Positions 53,210-62,252 of a stretch of DNA of 64,000 nucleotides are shown one piece after another; the stretch's first letter is position 1; each line of letters begins with the position of its first letter. The stretch lies in assembly GCA_023898625.1 (NCBI GenBank), contig CP060231.1, positions 481,890 through 545,889 on the forward strand. Direction: 5' to 3'. Source of the DNA: Candidatus Nomurabacteria bacterium (GTDB lineage Bacteria; Patescibacteriota; Saccharimonadia; Saccharimonadales; JAGQNJ01). The notes beneath the pieces were generated by a model. That model worked only from the letters and a program-made list of their open reading frames with translations. It had not been told where the DNA came from and made no database searches. Both the position numbers and the translations under genes were made by a program.

Positions 53210-53629
53210 CTATTTTTCAGAGTTCTTATAGGTCAACCAGTCGTTAATCGATTTAGTTTTGAGATAACCAATTTTCTTAGCAAAAGCAGTTGCATCAGCT
53301 TCAAGCTTATCGCCGTCATGCATTTGCCAATTTCTCCCCTGCATTACATGTCCTAGCTCGTGTGCAATAACCCATCTTAGAACATCGTTTGGTATGTCTT
53401 TTGGAATGTAAAGTTGCATAACTGCAAAGTTATCGTTTCTTGCCTCAAAGTGCATTACTTGACCAATCGTTCCTTCATGAAAAGCCATAATTATTAGATA
53501 CTTACGCATTCTCTCGAATTGCTCTTTGGGTAACTTGCTTAGCACATCAATAAAAGCGTTTTGCAGTTCTTTATATAAATGCAGGCTCTTCTGCGACTCT
53601 ATATAACTAACTACTTCTGCTTTATTCAC
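53210..53629 (-). CDS. small HExxH zinc-metallopeptidase-like protein
   Basis: 'VIAHELGHVMQG' is the only recognisable motif. 139 aa. Confidence 0.4.
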   Translation of the reverse strand: MNKAEVVSYIESQKSLHLYKELQNAFIDVLSKLPKEQFERMRKYLIIMAFHEGTIGQVMHFEARNDNFAVMQLYIPKDIPNDVLRWVIAHELGHVMQGRNWQMHDGDKLEADATAFAKKIGYLKTKSINDWLTYKNSEK

Positions 53630-53752
53630 TCTTGTATTGTAGCAAAAAGGAAGACTTTCATATATGCATCGGCGAGATAGAATTAGCTGACATAGCTGAT
53701 CGTACTACAACTAAAATAATGTTAGATTCTGTGATTAATATATGCTTATAAC

Positions 53753-54199
53753 ATGAGCAAAGAATACACAATCTCAATTCCTATCTATACCTTTAACGAT
53801 AAACTAGATCTGGAGAAAGTTGGTAAGTACATTGATGGAGCATTGCTCGCTAACTTTAAGGGCAAGGATTTAATAATACGTGGCATTCAGTCTGAAAAAC
53901 ATAAATTGCCCAAAAATGAACTAATCAATCAGATTATAGCCACAGGCACGGATCGTTACAGTCAGAACAGCAAAAATGAGGTAAGAGTAAGCGACAAGCA
54001 TATTGATCTTTTTGGATATGCCCGCAAGATCGATGTTGCACCAATTGTACTGCCAATACTAGAAGGTTTTCATAAATGGAAACCAAAGTCACTGGAAAGA
54101 CCTAGGTGTCGCGTAGACTTATGGATGGTCTATGATGTGAACCTTCTTGAAAATGTTGAATATACTCATATGAAGTACAAAGTAAAAAGTAAAAAGTAA
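53753..54199 (+). CDS. hypothetical protein
   Basis: 148-aa ORF with no recognisable motif, divergent from the HExxH gene. Confidence 0.3.
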   Translation: MSKEYTISIPIYTFNDKLDLEKVGKYIDGALLANFKGKDLIIRGIQSEKHKLPKNELINQIIATGTDRYSQNSKNEVRVSDKHIDLFGYARKIDVAPIVLPILEGFHKWKPKSLERPRCRVDLWMVYDVNLLENVEYTHMKYKVKSKK

Positions 54200-54293
54200 A
54201 AATGGTTATAGATTTAGAATGACCGAGAACAAGACAGATGCTTTGCTTGGGTTAATAATCATAGAGTAGTAGATATAAAAACATAAACAATAA

Positions 54294-54370
54294 TGGAGGG
54301 CCAGGAGGGGCTCGAACCCTCGACACCCTGCTTAAGAGGCAGGTGCTCTAACCAACTGAGCTACTGGCCC
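54294..54370 (-). tRNA. tRNA-Lys (anticodon CUU), CCA encoded
   Basis: Hand-folded 77 nt. The acceptor is GGGCCAG/CTGGCCC, the D arm is GCTC-AGTTGGTTA-GAGC, the anticodon stem-loop is CCTGC-CTCTTAA-GCAGG, and the T arm is GAGGG-TTCGAGC-CCCTC. Confidence 0.9.
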
Positions 54371-54498
54371 AACACGCTAGATATATTAACAGATATATAG
54401 TGGTTTGTAAAATGTTAGATTGCGCAAAAAAAGCATTTTATTTTTAGCAAAACAGGTATATAATTCGAGCATATTAATTAAGAGCATAGGAGGGGAAT

Positions 54499-55035
54499 AT
54501 GCTTGATGTTTTAGCACAAACATACAGTACTACATATAATTCAACGGCTAGTCCAGAGGCAACTGCTGGGTTGCTAATATTTTCAGGGTTTTTTATGATC
54601 ATATGGCTTGTCTTTGTGGTCGTTGCTATTGTTGCATTATGGAAGGTATTCACAAAGGCCGGGGTAGAAGGCTGGAAAGCTATCATCCCAATTTACAACG
54701 GATGGGTGTTGGCCGAAATTGCTGGTAAGCCTGGATGGTGGGCAATTGTCGGTTTAGGGGGTGTTATCCCAATAATCGGATTTGTTTTTGGAATAGCTGC
54801 CTTAGTCTTGTATGTGTTAATAGCTTTAGAATTGGCTAAAAAATTTGGCAAAGATACTGTTTTTGCGGTGTTTGGATTGATAATATTTTCATTAATCGGA
54901 TTATTGATTTTGGGCTTTGGCGACGCAAAGTATGAAGGGTCTGTTCCTGCAAAGGCAACTCCATCAACTAGCGGAGGAAACTCTCAGACGCCACCAGCGC
55001 AAAACAATAACACAACCACTCCACCAAGCGCATAG
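54499..55035 (+). CDS. polytopic membrane protein, DUF5684-like
   Basis: Strong RBS AGGAGGGG. 'WKVFTKAGVEGWKAIIPIYNGWVLAEIAGKPGWW' matches the conserved core of that family as I recall it. Confidence 0.45.
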   Translation: MLDVLAQTYSTTYNSTASPEATAGLLIFSGFFMIIWLVFVVVAIVALWKVFTKAGVEGWKAIIPIYNGWVLAEIAGKPGWWAIVGLGGVIPIIGFVFGIAALVLYVLIALELAKKFGKDTVFAVFGLIIFSLIGLLILGFGDAKYEGSVPAKATPSTSGGNSQTPPAQNNNTTTPPSA

Positions 55036-55121
55036 AAATTCAATATATAAGTATATCAGTTGATAACGACCTATTTAGAGGATGGGTCGTTATTCAATTA
55101 TGCTAAAATAACAAATTAGAT

Positions 55122-55940
55122 ATGAAAGAATTAAATGGCGGTGAGTTGGCTGGATTTATTAAAGAACGTCAGGCAAAACAAGTTCGTACTTTGCGTCAAT
55201 CACATAAAATTAGTCCCAAGTTGGCGATTATTCGAACCAACCCTGACCCTATTGTTGATAGCTATATGAGATTAAAGCAGAACTATGGTGCAGATATTGG
55301 AGTTGAAGTTGATGTTCATACTATTGATCAGTCAGAAGCGACCAGGCTTATAAATAGCCTAAACAAGAACAATGATGTTCACGGAGTTATCGTTCAAATC
55401 CCATTGCCTGATAAATCACAGACCTCAGAAGTTTTAGATTCTGTCACGCCAGTTAAGGATGTCGATGCTTTGGGCAAAAACGCCATCTATGACCCTGCTA
55501 CACCAATGGCTATCAGTTGGTTGTTGGCTGGATATAACGTGAATTTTACAGATAAACAAGTAGTTATTGTTGGTCACGGCAGATTGGTTGGTAGGCCTTT
55601 GGCAAAGATGTGGCTACAGTCGGGATACAATATTCATGTTGTTAACAAAAAGGTCAACAACTTAACAGAAGAGGTACAAAAAGCTGATATTTTAATTTGC
55701 GCAACAGGGGTTCCAGGATTAATTACTAAAGATATGATAAAAGAAAAAGCAGTCGTAGTTGATGCGGGCGTCGCAACTGATAGTAATGGATTAGTTGGTG
55801 ATGTAGCAGAAGAAGTTAGGAACTTGCCCAACATAACAATAACGCCCGTTAAGGGTGGGGTTGGTCCATTAACTGTGTGTGCATTGTTTGAGAATGTAAT
55901 TAGAGCAACAAGGGCTCAGATGTCCACAAGCAATTTATGA
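55122..55940 (+). CDS. folD: bifunctional methylene-THF dehydrogenase / methenyl-THF cyclohydrolase
   Basis: 'VIVQIPLP', 'VVIVGHGRLVGRPLAKMW' and 'TPVKGGVGPLTV'. Confidence 0.9.
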   Translation: MKELNGGELAGFIKERQAKQVRTLRQSHKISPKLAIIRTNPDPIVDSYMRLKQNYGADIGVEVDVHTIDQSEATRLINSLNKNNDVHGVIVQIPLPDKSQTSEVLDSVTPVKDVDALGKNAIYDPATPMAISWLLAGYNVNFTDKQVVIVGHGRLVGRPLAKMWLQSGYNIHVVNKKVNNLTEEVQKADILICATGVPGLITKDMIKEKAVVVDAGVATDSNGLVGDVAEEVRNLPNITITPVKGGVGPLTVCALFENVIRATRAQMSTSNL

Positions 55941-56587
55941 AGATAGGGGTTTTTGATTCTGGTGTCGGTGGGTTGTCAGTTGCCAAGGCTATAGAAGAGG
56001 CTTTCCCGAAAGACAATATTGTTTTTATGAATGATCCCCAAAACGTACCTTACGGGACGAAGACAAAAGCAGAGTTGATAAAACTTGTGCTACCAATTCT
56101 AAAAAAAATGACTACCGATGGGTGTGATGTCATTGTGATAGCTTGCAATACGGTTACAACGACGTTAATAGATCGACTGCGGAGTGAAATAACAGTTCCT
56201 TTAATAGGCATGGAGCCAATGGTTAAGCCAGCTTGTGAGAGTACAAAATCTAACAAAATTGCTGTTTTGGCAACCCCATCAACTCTATCTAGCGATAGGT
56301 ATCAAGGTCTAAAGAAGTCTTATGCGCAAAATATTGAGGTGATCGAGCCTGATTGTAGTGACTGGGCGAAAATGATCGAGGAAAGTAAAATTGACCAGGA
56401 AAAGATATCAATGATCACTAACGATGTTTGCAGTAAAGGAGTTGATGTAATTGTTCTCGGGTGCACACATTATCATTGGATTGAAAATCGAATAAAAACA
56501 GTATCAAACGGTAGAGCTAAAGTTTTACAACCAGAAGAACCAGTGATTAAACAACTACAAAGGGTTATGCAAGGTTTTGGGCGTTAA
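55937..56587 (+). CDS. murI: glutamate racemase (short form)
   Basis: ATGA overlap with folD. Motifs 'IGVFDSGVGGLSV', 'VIACNT' and 'LGCTHY' (both catalytic Cys). 216 aa. Confidence 0.85.
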   Translation: MKIGVFDSGVGGLSVAKAIEEAFPKDNIVFMNDPQNVPYGTKTKAELIKLVLPILKKMTTDGCDVIVIACNTVTTTLIDRLRSEITVPLIGMEPMVKPACESTKSNKIAVLATPSTLSSDRYQGLKKSYAQNIEVIEPDCSDWAKMIEESKIDQEKISMITNDVCSKGVDVIVLGCTHYHWIENRIKTVSNGRAKVLQPEEPVIKQLQRVMQGFGR

Positions 56588-57926
56588 CCTCTGCCTTAAA
56601 CTGCTCGCCACGGTCTTTATAGTTTTTGAACATATCAAAGCTGGCGCAAGCTGTCGATAGTAATACTACATCTCCACTTTGAGCAAAGTGTATCGCGGTG
56701 GATACTATGTCCTTCATTGTTTGAGAGGAATTTATGATCGTATATGGTGTGTTTTTATTGTTAGGCGAGTTTTTCAACATTTCTATAATACGTGGGCCCA
56801 TTTCGCCAATTGCCACAATGTGGCGAATGTTACTGTTATTGATGGTTTCTATTAGGTCGGTGAAGTCGTTATTTTTATCTGAACCACCAATAATTAATAC
56901 TTTTGGTTGGTCATATGCTTTGATTGCTACTTCTGCGGTTGCTGGATTAGTGCCAAACGAGTCGTCCACAAAAGTTACTCCATTTAGAGTGCCGATTTCC
57001 TCAAGTCTATGTGGCAAGCCAACAAAACCGTCTAAAGCTTTTTTGATAATTTTTGGTCGTTTTCCAATCAAGTCCCAAGTCGCGCCAATCGAAGCGCAGA
57101 CGTTTTGTAGATTATGACGACCCTTGAGGTGGATATCATGCAGACTGACAACATGCTTACCAAAGGCCTTGATATGGTTGCCGTCAACGTAAATTCCGTC
57201 AGTAGATTCAATCGGTTCATGTTCGTCTATGGGTGCATCGTAGCCTATCTTGTAGTGTGCTGGAGATGCCGTAGCTATCTCAGTGGAGTAAACATTTTTG
57301 GCGTTGTATACAGCAACATCGTTGACTGTCTGATGTGCAAAAATCTGTTTTTTTGCATTAATATACTCGTACATATCAGGGTGCCAATCAAGGTGCTCTT
57401 CTGTAATCATCAAACAGACTGCAATATGCGGACTGTATCTAAGGTCGATTAGTTGAAAGTTTGCTAGTTCAAGAACAACAATATCATTCTCGGATATATT
57501 GTTTTTTAATAGGTCAAGTGGGGGTGTGCCAATATTACCGCCAAGATGTACGTTTTTACCCGACTCTTCTAATATGCGTGTAATTAATGTTGAGGTGGTT
57601 CCTTTACCTTTACTACCAGTTACCCCAATTATCGGTGCTTTGCATACTTTAAAGAACTCTTCTGTATTCGAGGTGATTTTATCGATAATTTCAGGGTGAT
57701 CTGGGTTTGCTTCAAGGATTGTTCTTGGATGTACTGCAGGACTCCTAACTATGAGATCAAATTCATGGAGATCATCCAGATAACTGTAACCAAGTTTATC
57801 GATAGCGCCCGCTGGAAGCTCTAGGTCACGTTTTTTATCACAAATAACCACTACGTCACCTTTACTAAACCAATAATTAAAAGATGAGCGACCTTGTTCG
57901 CCAAACCCAACAATTGCAATGTTCAT
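56565..57926 (-). CDS. murD: UDP-N-acetylmuramoyl-L-alanine--D-glutamate ligase
   Basis: 'IGVTGSKGKGTTSTL' P-loop within the Mur ligase central and C-terminal domains. 453 aa. Confidence 0.9.
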   Translation of the reverse strand: MNIAIVGFGEQGRSSFNYWFSKGDVVVICDKKRDLELPAGAIDKLGYSYLDDLHEFDLIVRSPAVHPRTILEANPDHPEIIDKITSNTEEFFKVCKAPIIGVTGSKGKGTTSTLITRILEESGKNVHLGGNIGTPPLDLLKNNISENDIVVLELANFQLIDLRYSPHIAVCLMITEEHLDWHPDMYEYINAKKQIFAHQTVNDVAVYNAKNVYSTEIATASPAHYKIGYDAPIDEHEPIESTDGIYVDGNHIKAFGKHVVSLHDIHLKGRHNLQNVCASIGATWDLIGKRPKIIKKALDGFVGLPHRLEEIGTLNGVTFVDDSFGTNPATAEVAIKAYDQPKVLIIGGSDKNNDFTDLIETINNSNIRHIVAIGEMGPRIIEMLKNSPNNKNTPYTIINSSQTMKDIVSTAIHFAQSGDVVLLSTACASFDMFKNYKDRGEQFKAEVNAQNLA

Positions 57927-57968
57927 AAGTATTATTATCAGTTAAATCAATGGTTAAAACAAATTTTT

Positions 57969-58340
57969 TTAAGAAGACAGGAGTTTTTTTACTAGATCGG
58001 CTACTTGTTTGGGCGTCATGTCTGCCTTAAGGATTACTGCTGAAACGTTCAGTTGTTTGATTTCTTCTGGTATTTCTTGTTCACCCATATTTGTAAGAAC
58101 AACAACTTTGATATTTCTACCCCAGGAGGTTGCTCGGAGTTTGGCAAGCATTTCTGAGCCATTCATCTCAGGCATCATTAGATCAAGCAGAATAATATCA
58201 GGTTTCATGTTTTCGGCAAGCTCTAAACCGAGCAGACCATTTTCGGCCGTGTCAACGTCGTACCCTTCTGCTTCGAATTTTATTCTGTACATCTGGGCTA
58301 TTGCTTGATCGTCTTCGACAATTGCGACCTTGTTCGCCAT
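57969..58340 (-). CDS. stand-alone response-regulator receiver (CheY-like) protein, paralog 1
   Basis: 'VAIVEDD', phospho-Asp 'IILLDLMMP', 'VVVLTN' and 'LKA'. No output domain. Confidence 0.85.
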   Translation of the reverse strand: MANKVAIVEDDQAIAQMYRIKFEAEGYDVDTAENGLLGLELAENMKPDIILLDLMMPEMNGSEMLAKLRATSWGRNIKVVVLTNMGEQEIPEEIKQLNVSAVILKADMTPKQVADLVKKLLSS

Positions 58341-58407
58341 ATATGTATGTTACGGCAAAAGCCTAAGTTGCACAAGCAAGAGCACAAATATTATCTAATA
58401 ATAAGAG

Positions 58408-58800
58408 TTAGATAATCTCTTGAACAATTTCTAATACTTGTGACGGAGTATGATGCGCCTTAACTATGTATCGATCAATGTTTAAAAATTGCAGATTGCG
58501 TGGAGCTTCATCTCTACTAATGTTCGTCAAGACAATTACGCGAATCTCTGCACCCCACTCTGTTTCTCTAAGCTTAGCTAACATTTCGTCGCCACTCATA
58601 ATAGGCATTTTCAAGTCGAGCAAAATGAGTTGTGGCCTAAAGTTGTTGAGTAATTCTAGCCCTTCTTGCCCGTTGTGAGCAGTTTCTACGGCGTAACCAG
58701 CAGAAGATAGCTTCATCTTGTACATATCACAAATACTAATTTCGTCTTCGATTACGGCAACTTTAACACTGCCTTTTTGTGGGGTCTTATCTGGATTCAT
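58408..58800 (-). CDS. stand-alone response-regulator receiver protein, paralog 2
   Basis: 'VAVIEDE', 'LILLDLKMP', 'VIVLTN' and 'VKA'. No output domain. Confidence 0.85.
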   Translation of the reverse strand: MNPDKTPQKGSVKVAVIEDEISICDMYKMKLSSAGYAVETAHNGQEGLELLNNFRPQLILLDLKMPIMSGDEMLAKLRETEWGAEIRVIVLTNISRDEAPRNLQFLNIDRYIVKAHHTPSQVLEIVQEII

Positions 58801-58880
58801 ATCTTAAACATGATAAAGTACGGGTGTGATTACTGCAATAGTCATTCACGGCTAATTACAAATTTGGTAATATATAAAAA

Positions 58881-59042
58881 GTGGCTATTTATCCAAAATG
58901 CAATAAATGTGGCAAGATCCTTGATGACTTCGGTGCTATACTGTTGAGTCCACCGGATTTGAATAGTAAAGTGGTTAAATTTCATATTTGTAAAGAGTGC
59001 TACTCTAAATACAAGTTAGACCTAGAGGTTAACGAGAACTAA
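58881..59042 (+). CDS. 53-aa zinc-ribbon-like micro-ORF (two CxxC pairs)
   Basis: Not in the ORF track. GTG start with no clear RBS. Translation: 'AIYPKCNKCGKILDD...FHICKECYSKYKL'. Its 3' end overlaps the folC-like gene convergently by 14 nt. Confidence 0.3.
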   Translation: MAIYPKCNKCGKILDDFGAILLSPPDLNSKVVKFHICKECYSKYKLDLEVNEN

Positions 59043-60432
59043 GTTTTATTATATGGTCATGAAGATCACTAAGCATATACATCGAGCCAGTTATTAAAAT
59101 TGTCTGGTTAGGCCTAGATTCTTTAAAGGCCATATCTAGTGCAGAGATGGGGTTATTGCATATAGTTACGTCGCCTCCGGATGTTATGATCTGCTGAGCA
59201 ATATCTTCAGGGTTAGTTGATAATTTTTGAAGGTGATTAGGCTGGTTATCGAAAAATCGAGTCGCAAATACCTTAGCTGAGTGTTTACTGACAATTGAGG
59301 TTGATGATTGCCAATCCTTTGTGGATTTGGCGGAAAAAACCACCAGAGGTTTAATAGGTAGCTTAAGGGAAGTTATTAACCCAAACAGTGCTTCTAACTT
59401 TTGAGGGTTATGGGCGGAATCAATTATTACGGGGGTATTATTGATGCGCATTATTTCAGCGCGAGCAGGAATTTTAGCGTTCATAAAACCTTTTCTGATT
59501 TTTTGATAATCTAACCTGAAATTATCCCGTTTACTTAGGAATTCTAATGTTGCTATGGCAAGGCATGCGTTCTCAGCTTGATATTTGCCAAGTATCGGAA
59601 TGAAGATGTTATTTATAGTTATGTTGTCGGATAGGTAATCAAATATTATTCCATTAATAGTTTGCTGAAGATTGAGTATACTTTTCTTTGGGTCAATAAA
59701 TTGCAAAGTGGCGTTTTTCTTGCTCGCTTCTGACTCAATTGCAACTTGAGCAGATTTGTCATCTGGGAGCAGGGCAATAGCGTGTCCGTTTATGGGAATT
59801 ATTCCTGCTTTTTGTTCGGCTATTTTGCTGATTGAGTCACCTAATATCTCTGTGTGGTCAAAGCCAAGTCTGGTAATAACAGCTAGTTTGTCTTCGCGGT
59901 TTATGGTATTTGTAGAATCAAACTTTCCTCCAATGCCGGTTTCAATGACTCCGTAGTCAATATTATGATTAGCAAAACATCTATGCGCTAGTCCAATCAT
60001 AACTTCAAAATAGGTGGGACGGCCAAAATCAGATTGCTGTAGCTTGATAATTGGGTTAAATAGATCTGTAACTAGTTGAGTAAATTCATTTTCAGAAATG
60101 AATGCATTATTTAACATTAAGCGCTCCCGAATATCGTATACATGTGGTGAAGTAACCGTGCCGGTGTTTTTGTTATGTATAGTCAACAATGTGCTGGTCA
60201 TATAAGCTGTTGAACCTTTACCTGATGTTCCAGCAATATGAATAGAAGGATAGTTTTCTTGAGGATTTCCTAGCTCTTTTAACAGTGTGTGGGTTCTTTG
60301 TAGTCCAATATTTGCGTTAAATAATCGGCTTCTGGTATCTGTTAGGTTGTGATATAAAAAATGAATAGCTGACTGAAAGTCAACAATCTTCAACCTATCG
60401 GAATAGTTAATTACCCTTGTTTTAACGGTCAT
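59029..60432 (-). CDS. folC: Mur-ligase-family protein, folylpolyglutamate synthase-like
   Basis: 'LLKELGNPQENYPSIHIAGTSGKGSTAYM' is FolC-like, and Mur ligase middle and C-terminal domains are present. Confidence 0.7.
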   Translation of the reverse strand: MTVKTRVINYSDRLKIVDFQSAIHFLYHNLTDTRSRLFNANIGLQRTHTLLKELGNPQENYPSIHIAGTSGKGSTAYMTSTLLTIHNKNTGTVTSPHVYDIRERLMLNNAFISENEFTQLVTDLFNPIIKLQQSDFGRPTYFEVMIGLAHRCFANHNIDYGVIETGIGGKFDSTNTINREDKLAVITRLGFDHTEILGDSISKIAEQKAGIIPINGHAIALLPDDKSAQVAIESEASKKNATLQFIDPKKSILNLQQTINGIIFDYLSDNITINNIFIPILGKYQAENACLAIATLEFLSKRDNFRLDYQKIRKGFMNAKIPARAEIMRINNTPVIIDSAHNPQKLEALFGLITSLKLPIKPLVVFSAKSTKDWQSSTSIVSKHSAKVFATRFFDNQPNHLQKLSTNPEDIAQQIITSGGDVTICNNPISALDMAFKESRPNQTILITGSMYMLSDLHDHIIKLSSR

Positions 60433-60444
60433 TTTATAGGTATG

Positions 60445-60807
60445 TTAAACCAAGGTTCGTACCTTATCAACTAGACTAGCAGGGGTTAGCTGAGCTTTGG
60501 TTAGCAATTCTATCACGCCAAGTTCTTTAACTTTCTCTGCAATTTTTGCCTCGCTTACATTAGTTAAAACAACTACCTTCATATTTTTACCCCAATCTGT
60601 TTCGCGGAGTTTAGCGAGCATTTCATCACCACTTATAATTGGCATCATTAGGTCAAGCAAGACAATATCTGGATTCTTACGTTCGCATAGTAATAGTCCA
60701 GCTTCGCCATTTTCTGCCGTGTAAACACTAAAACCCTCTGCCTCAAATTTTAATCGATACATTTGTAAAATGGCGGGGTCATCTTCGATTATTGCTACTT
60801 TTATCAT
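60445..60807 (-). CDS. stand-alone response-regulator receiver protein, paralog 3
   Basis: 'VAIIEDD', 'IVLLDLMMP', 'VVVLTN' and 'TKA'. No output domain. Confidence 0.85.
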   Translation of the reverse strand: MIKVAIIEDDPAILQMYRLKFEAEGFSVYTAENGEAGLLLCERKNPDIVLLDLMMPIISGDEMLAKLRETDWGKNMKVVVLTNVSEAKIAEKVKELGVIELLTKAQLTPASLVDKVRTLV

Positions 60808-60952
60808 AATTTTCCTATCCTAAACTAAAATAGCGCGTCAACCCATAGTGTTGACACGCTGTTAATCATATAAAGTGCTATGTTTAGTTATAGTCCTGAT
60901 AATATGGATTGTCAAGTTTCTAGGTTAGTTATAAGTATTTGACAAAAATATC

Positions 60953-60981
60953 TTGACATTTTTTAGTATTTTGATATTATA
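60953..60981 (+). promoter_or_regulatory. sigma70-type promoter facing the pdaD operon
   Basis: TTGACA (60953-60958), a 16-nt spacer, then TATTAT (60975-60980). A second TTGACA lies at 60939-60944. Confidence 0.4.
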
Positions 60982-61005
60982 GGCACTAGTACTTTATAAG
61001 ATTAA

Positions 61006-61050
61006 ACGTCGTAAGAACTCCAATTAAGGAGCTACTTACGACGTTTTTTA
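61006..61050 (+). terminator. strong terminator-like hairpin in the leader between promoter and first gene
   Basis: Perfect 10-bp stem ACGTCGTAAG/CTTACGACGT with a 19-nt loop containing AAGGAG, followed by TTTTTTAAT. Confidence 0.5.
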
Positions 61051-61065
61051 ATATGAAATTTGTAT

Positions 61066-61764
61066 ATGACAAGTCCAGAAGAATCAACGAACAACCTTAG
61101 CCAACCTGAGATTGAAATCGCTAACAATCATGCAAAAGTTAGTGATAAATCTAGCATTCTTCATAATTTTCGGAGAGCTGGAGAGATCGCCATGGTCGGC
61201 ATAGAAGTTAGTCCACTGAATGAAGCTATTAGATTTGGAGCCATTGGTACAGCTATTGCTTATGGGGCAGATCCAGTTACTGTCGGTGCAGTTGCAGGTG
61301 GTATTACGATGGCGGTTGAATCTGGGGGGGCTGTTGCGGCGACTGGATTATTAACAAGCCACAACGGGGGTAGGGCTATTGACTGGATTAACGCAAAATT
61401 AGAGAATAATTTAAAAGTGTCTCCTGAAGCAAAATTTAGTCCGTTAACCAAAGCTGGCATAGCCTTTTTAGGCGGGTCTGCCGTTGTATCTGCAGTTAAA
61501 TATCGAGAGAATCCAGAAATGACAGAGTCAGAAAGCCGTAATTATGGATTGATAAGCGCAACAGCGCTAGCTGGTTCTGCCTCTGTCATGGGTTATGCAT
61601 TTAGTAAGGGGATTGAGTTGCCAGGGCCACAAATGGTGGGTGCTGGGCTTATTGCCACCGGAGTACTAACAGCTGTATGGAGAAGAATAACTACTCGAAT
61701 TAGGCGTGAACAGGTTGAGGAAGGCATAGATATAGATAACATAAATAGGGAGGAAGCAGAATAA
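61066..61764 (+). CDS. Gly/Ala-rich polytopic membrane protein
   Basis: ATG 61066 is chosen over the listed TTG 61060. Hydrophobic segments include 'FGAIGTAIAYG', 'VGAVAGGITMAV', 'AGIAFLGGSAVVSAV' and 'GAGLIATGVLTAVW'. Its stop overlaps the pdaD ATG. Confidence 0.45.
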   Translation: MTSPEESTNNLSQPEIEIANNHAKVSDKSSILHNFRRAGEIAMVGIEVSPLNEAIRFGAIGTAIAYGADPVTVGAVAGGITMAVESGGAVAATGLLTSHNGGRAIDWINAKLENNLKVSPEAKFSPLTKAGIAFLGGSAVVSAVKYRENPEMTESESRNYGLISATALAGSASVMGYAFSKGIELPGPQMVGAGLIATGVLTAVWRRITTRIRREQVEEGIDIDNINREEAE

Positions 61765-62249
61765 TGGAAATTCAAATATCAACAGGTATAGGGATTGGCC
61801 CAACTCAGCTATCTGCTTTTGATTCTGCGCTAAATAATGCTGGCGTTGCAAACTATAATTTACTAAAACTTAGTTCTGTGATACCGCCAAAGTCAAAAAT
61901 AGTTATCAATAAAACCGCACTTACAGAGTTGCCTGGCGAATGGGGTGATAGATTGTATGTGGTAATGGCTGAACAGCGTGCTCATGTACCAAATGAAGAA
62001 GCTTGGGCAGGAATTGGCTGGGTGCAAGACAAAAAGACAGGTCGAGGCTTGTTCGTGGAGCACGAAGGCAGTAGCGAAAAGGCAGTAAAAAATGATATAA
62101 AACAAAGTCTAGAGGCGTTAATGGCTACCAGAAATGTAGATTTTGGAAAAATTCATATGCAAGTTGTGGGTGCGACTTGTAAACATCTACCTGTCTGTGC
62201 GATGGTTGTGGCGGTATATCAAGCCGATGGATGGAAAATTAGGGTATAG
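61764..62249 (+). CDS. pdaD: pyruvoyl-dependent arginine decarboxylase
   Basis: 'GIGIGPTQLSAFDSALNNAGVANYNLLKLSSVIPP', with the Ser-Ser self-cleavage site in 'KLSSV'. 161 aa. Confidence 0.85.
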   Translation: MEIQISTGIGIGPTQLSAFDSALNNAGVANYNLLKLSSVIPPKSKIVINKTALTELPGEWGDRLYVVMAEQRAHVPNEEAWAGIGWVQDKKTGRGLFVEHEGSSEKAVKNDIKQSLEALMATRNVDFGKIHMQVVGATCKHLPVCAMVVAVYQADGWKIRV

Positions 62250-62252
62250 TAA

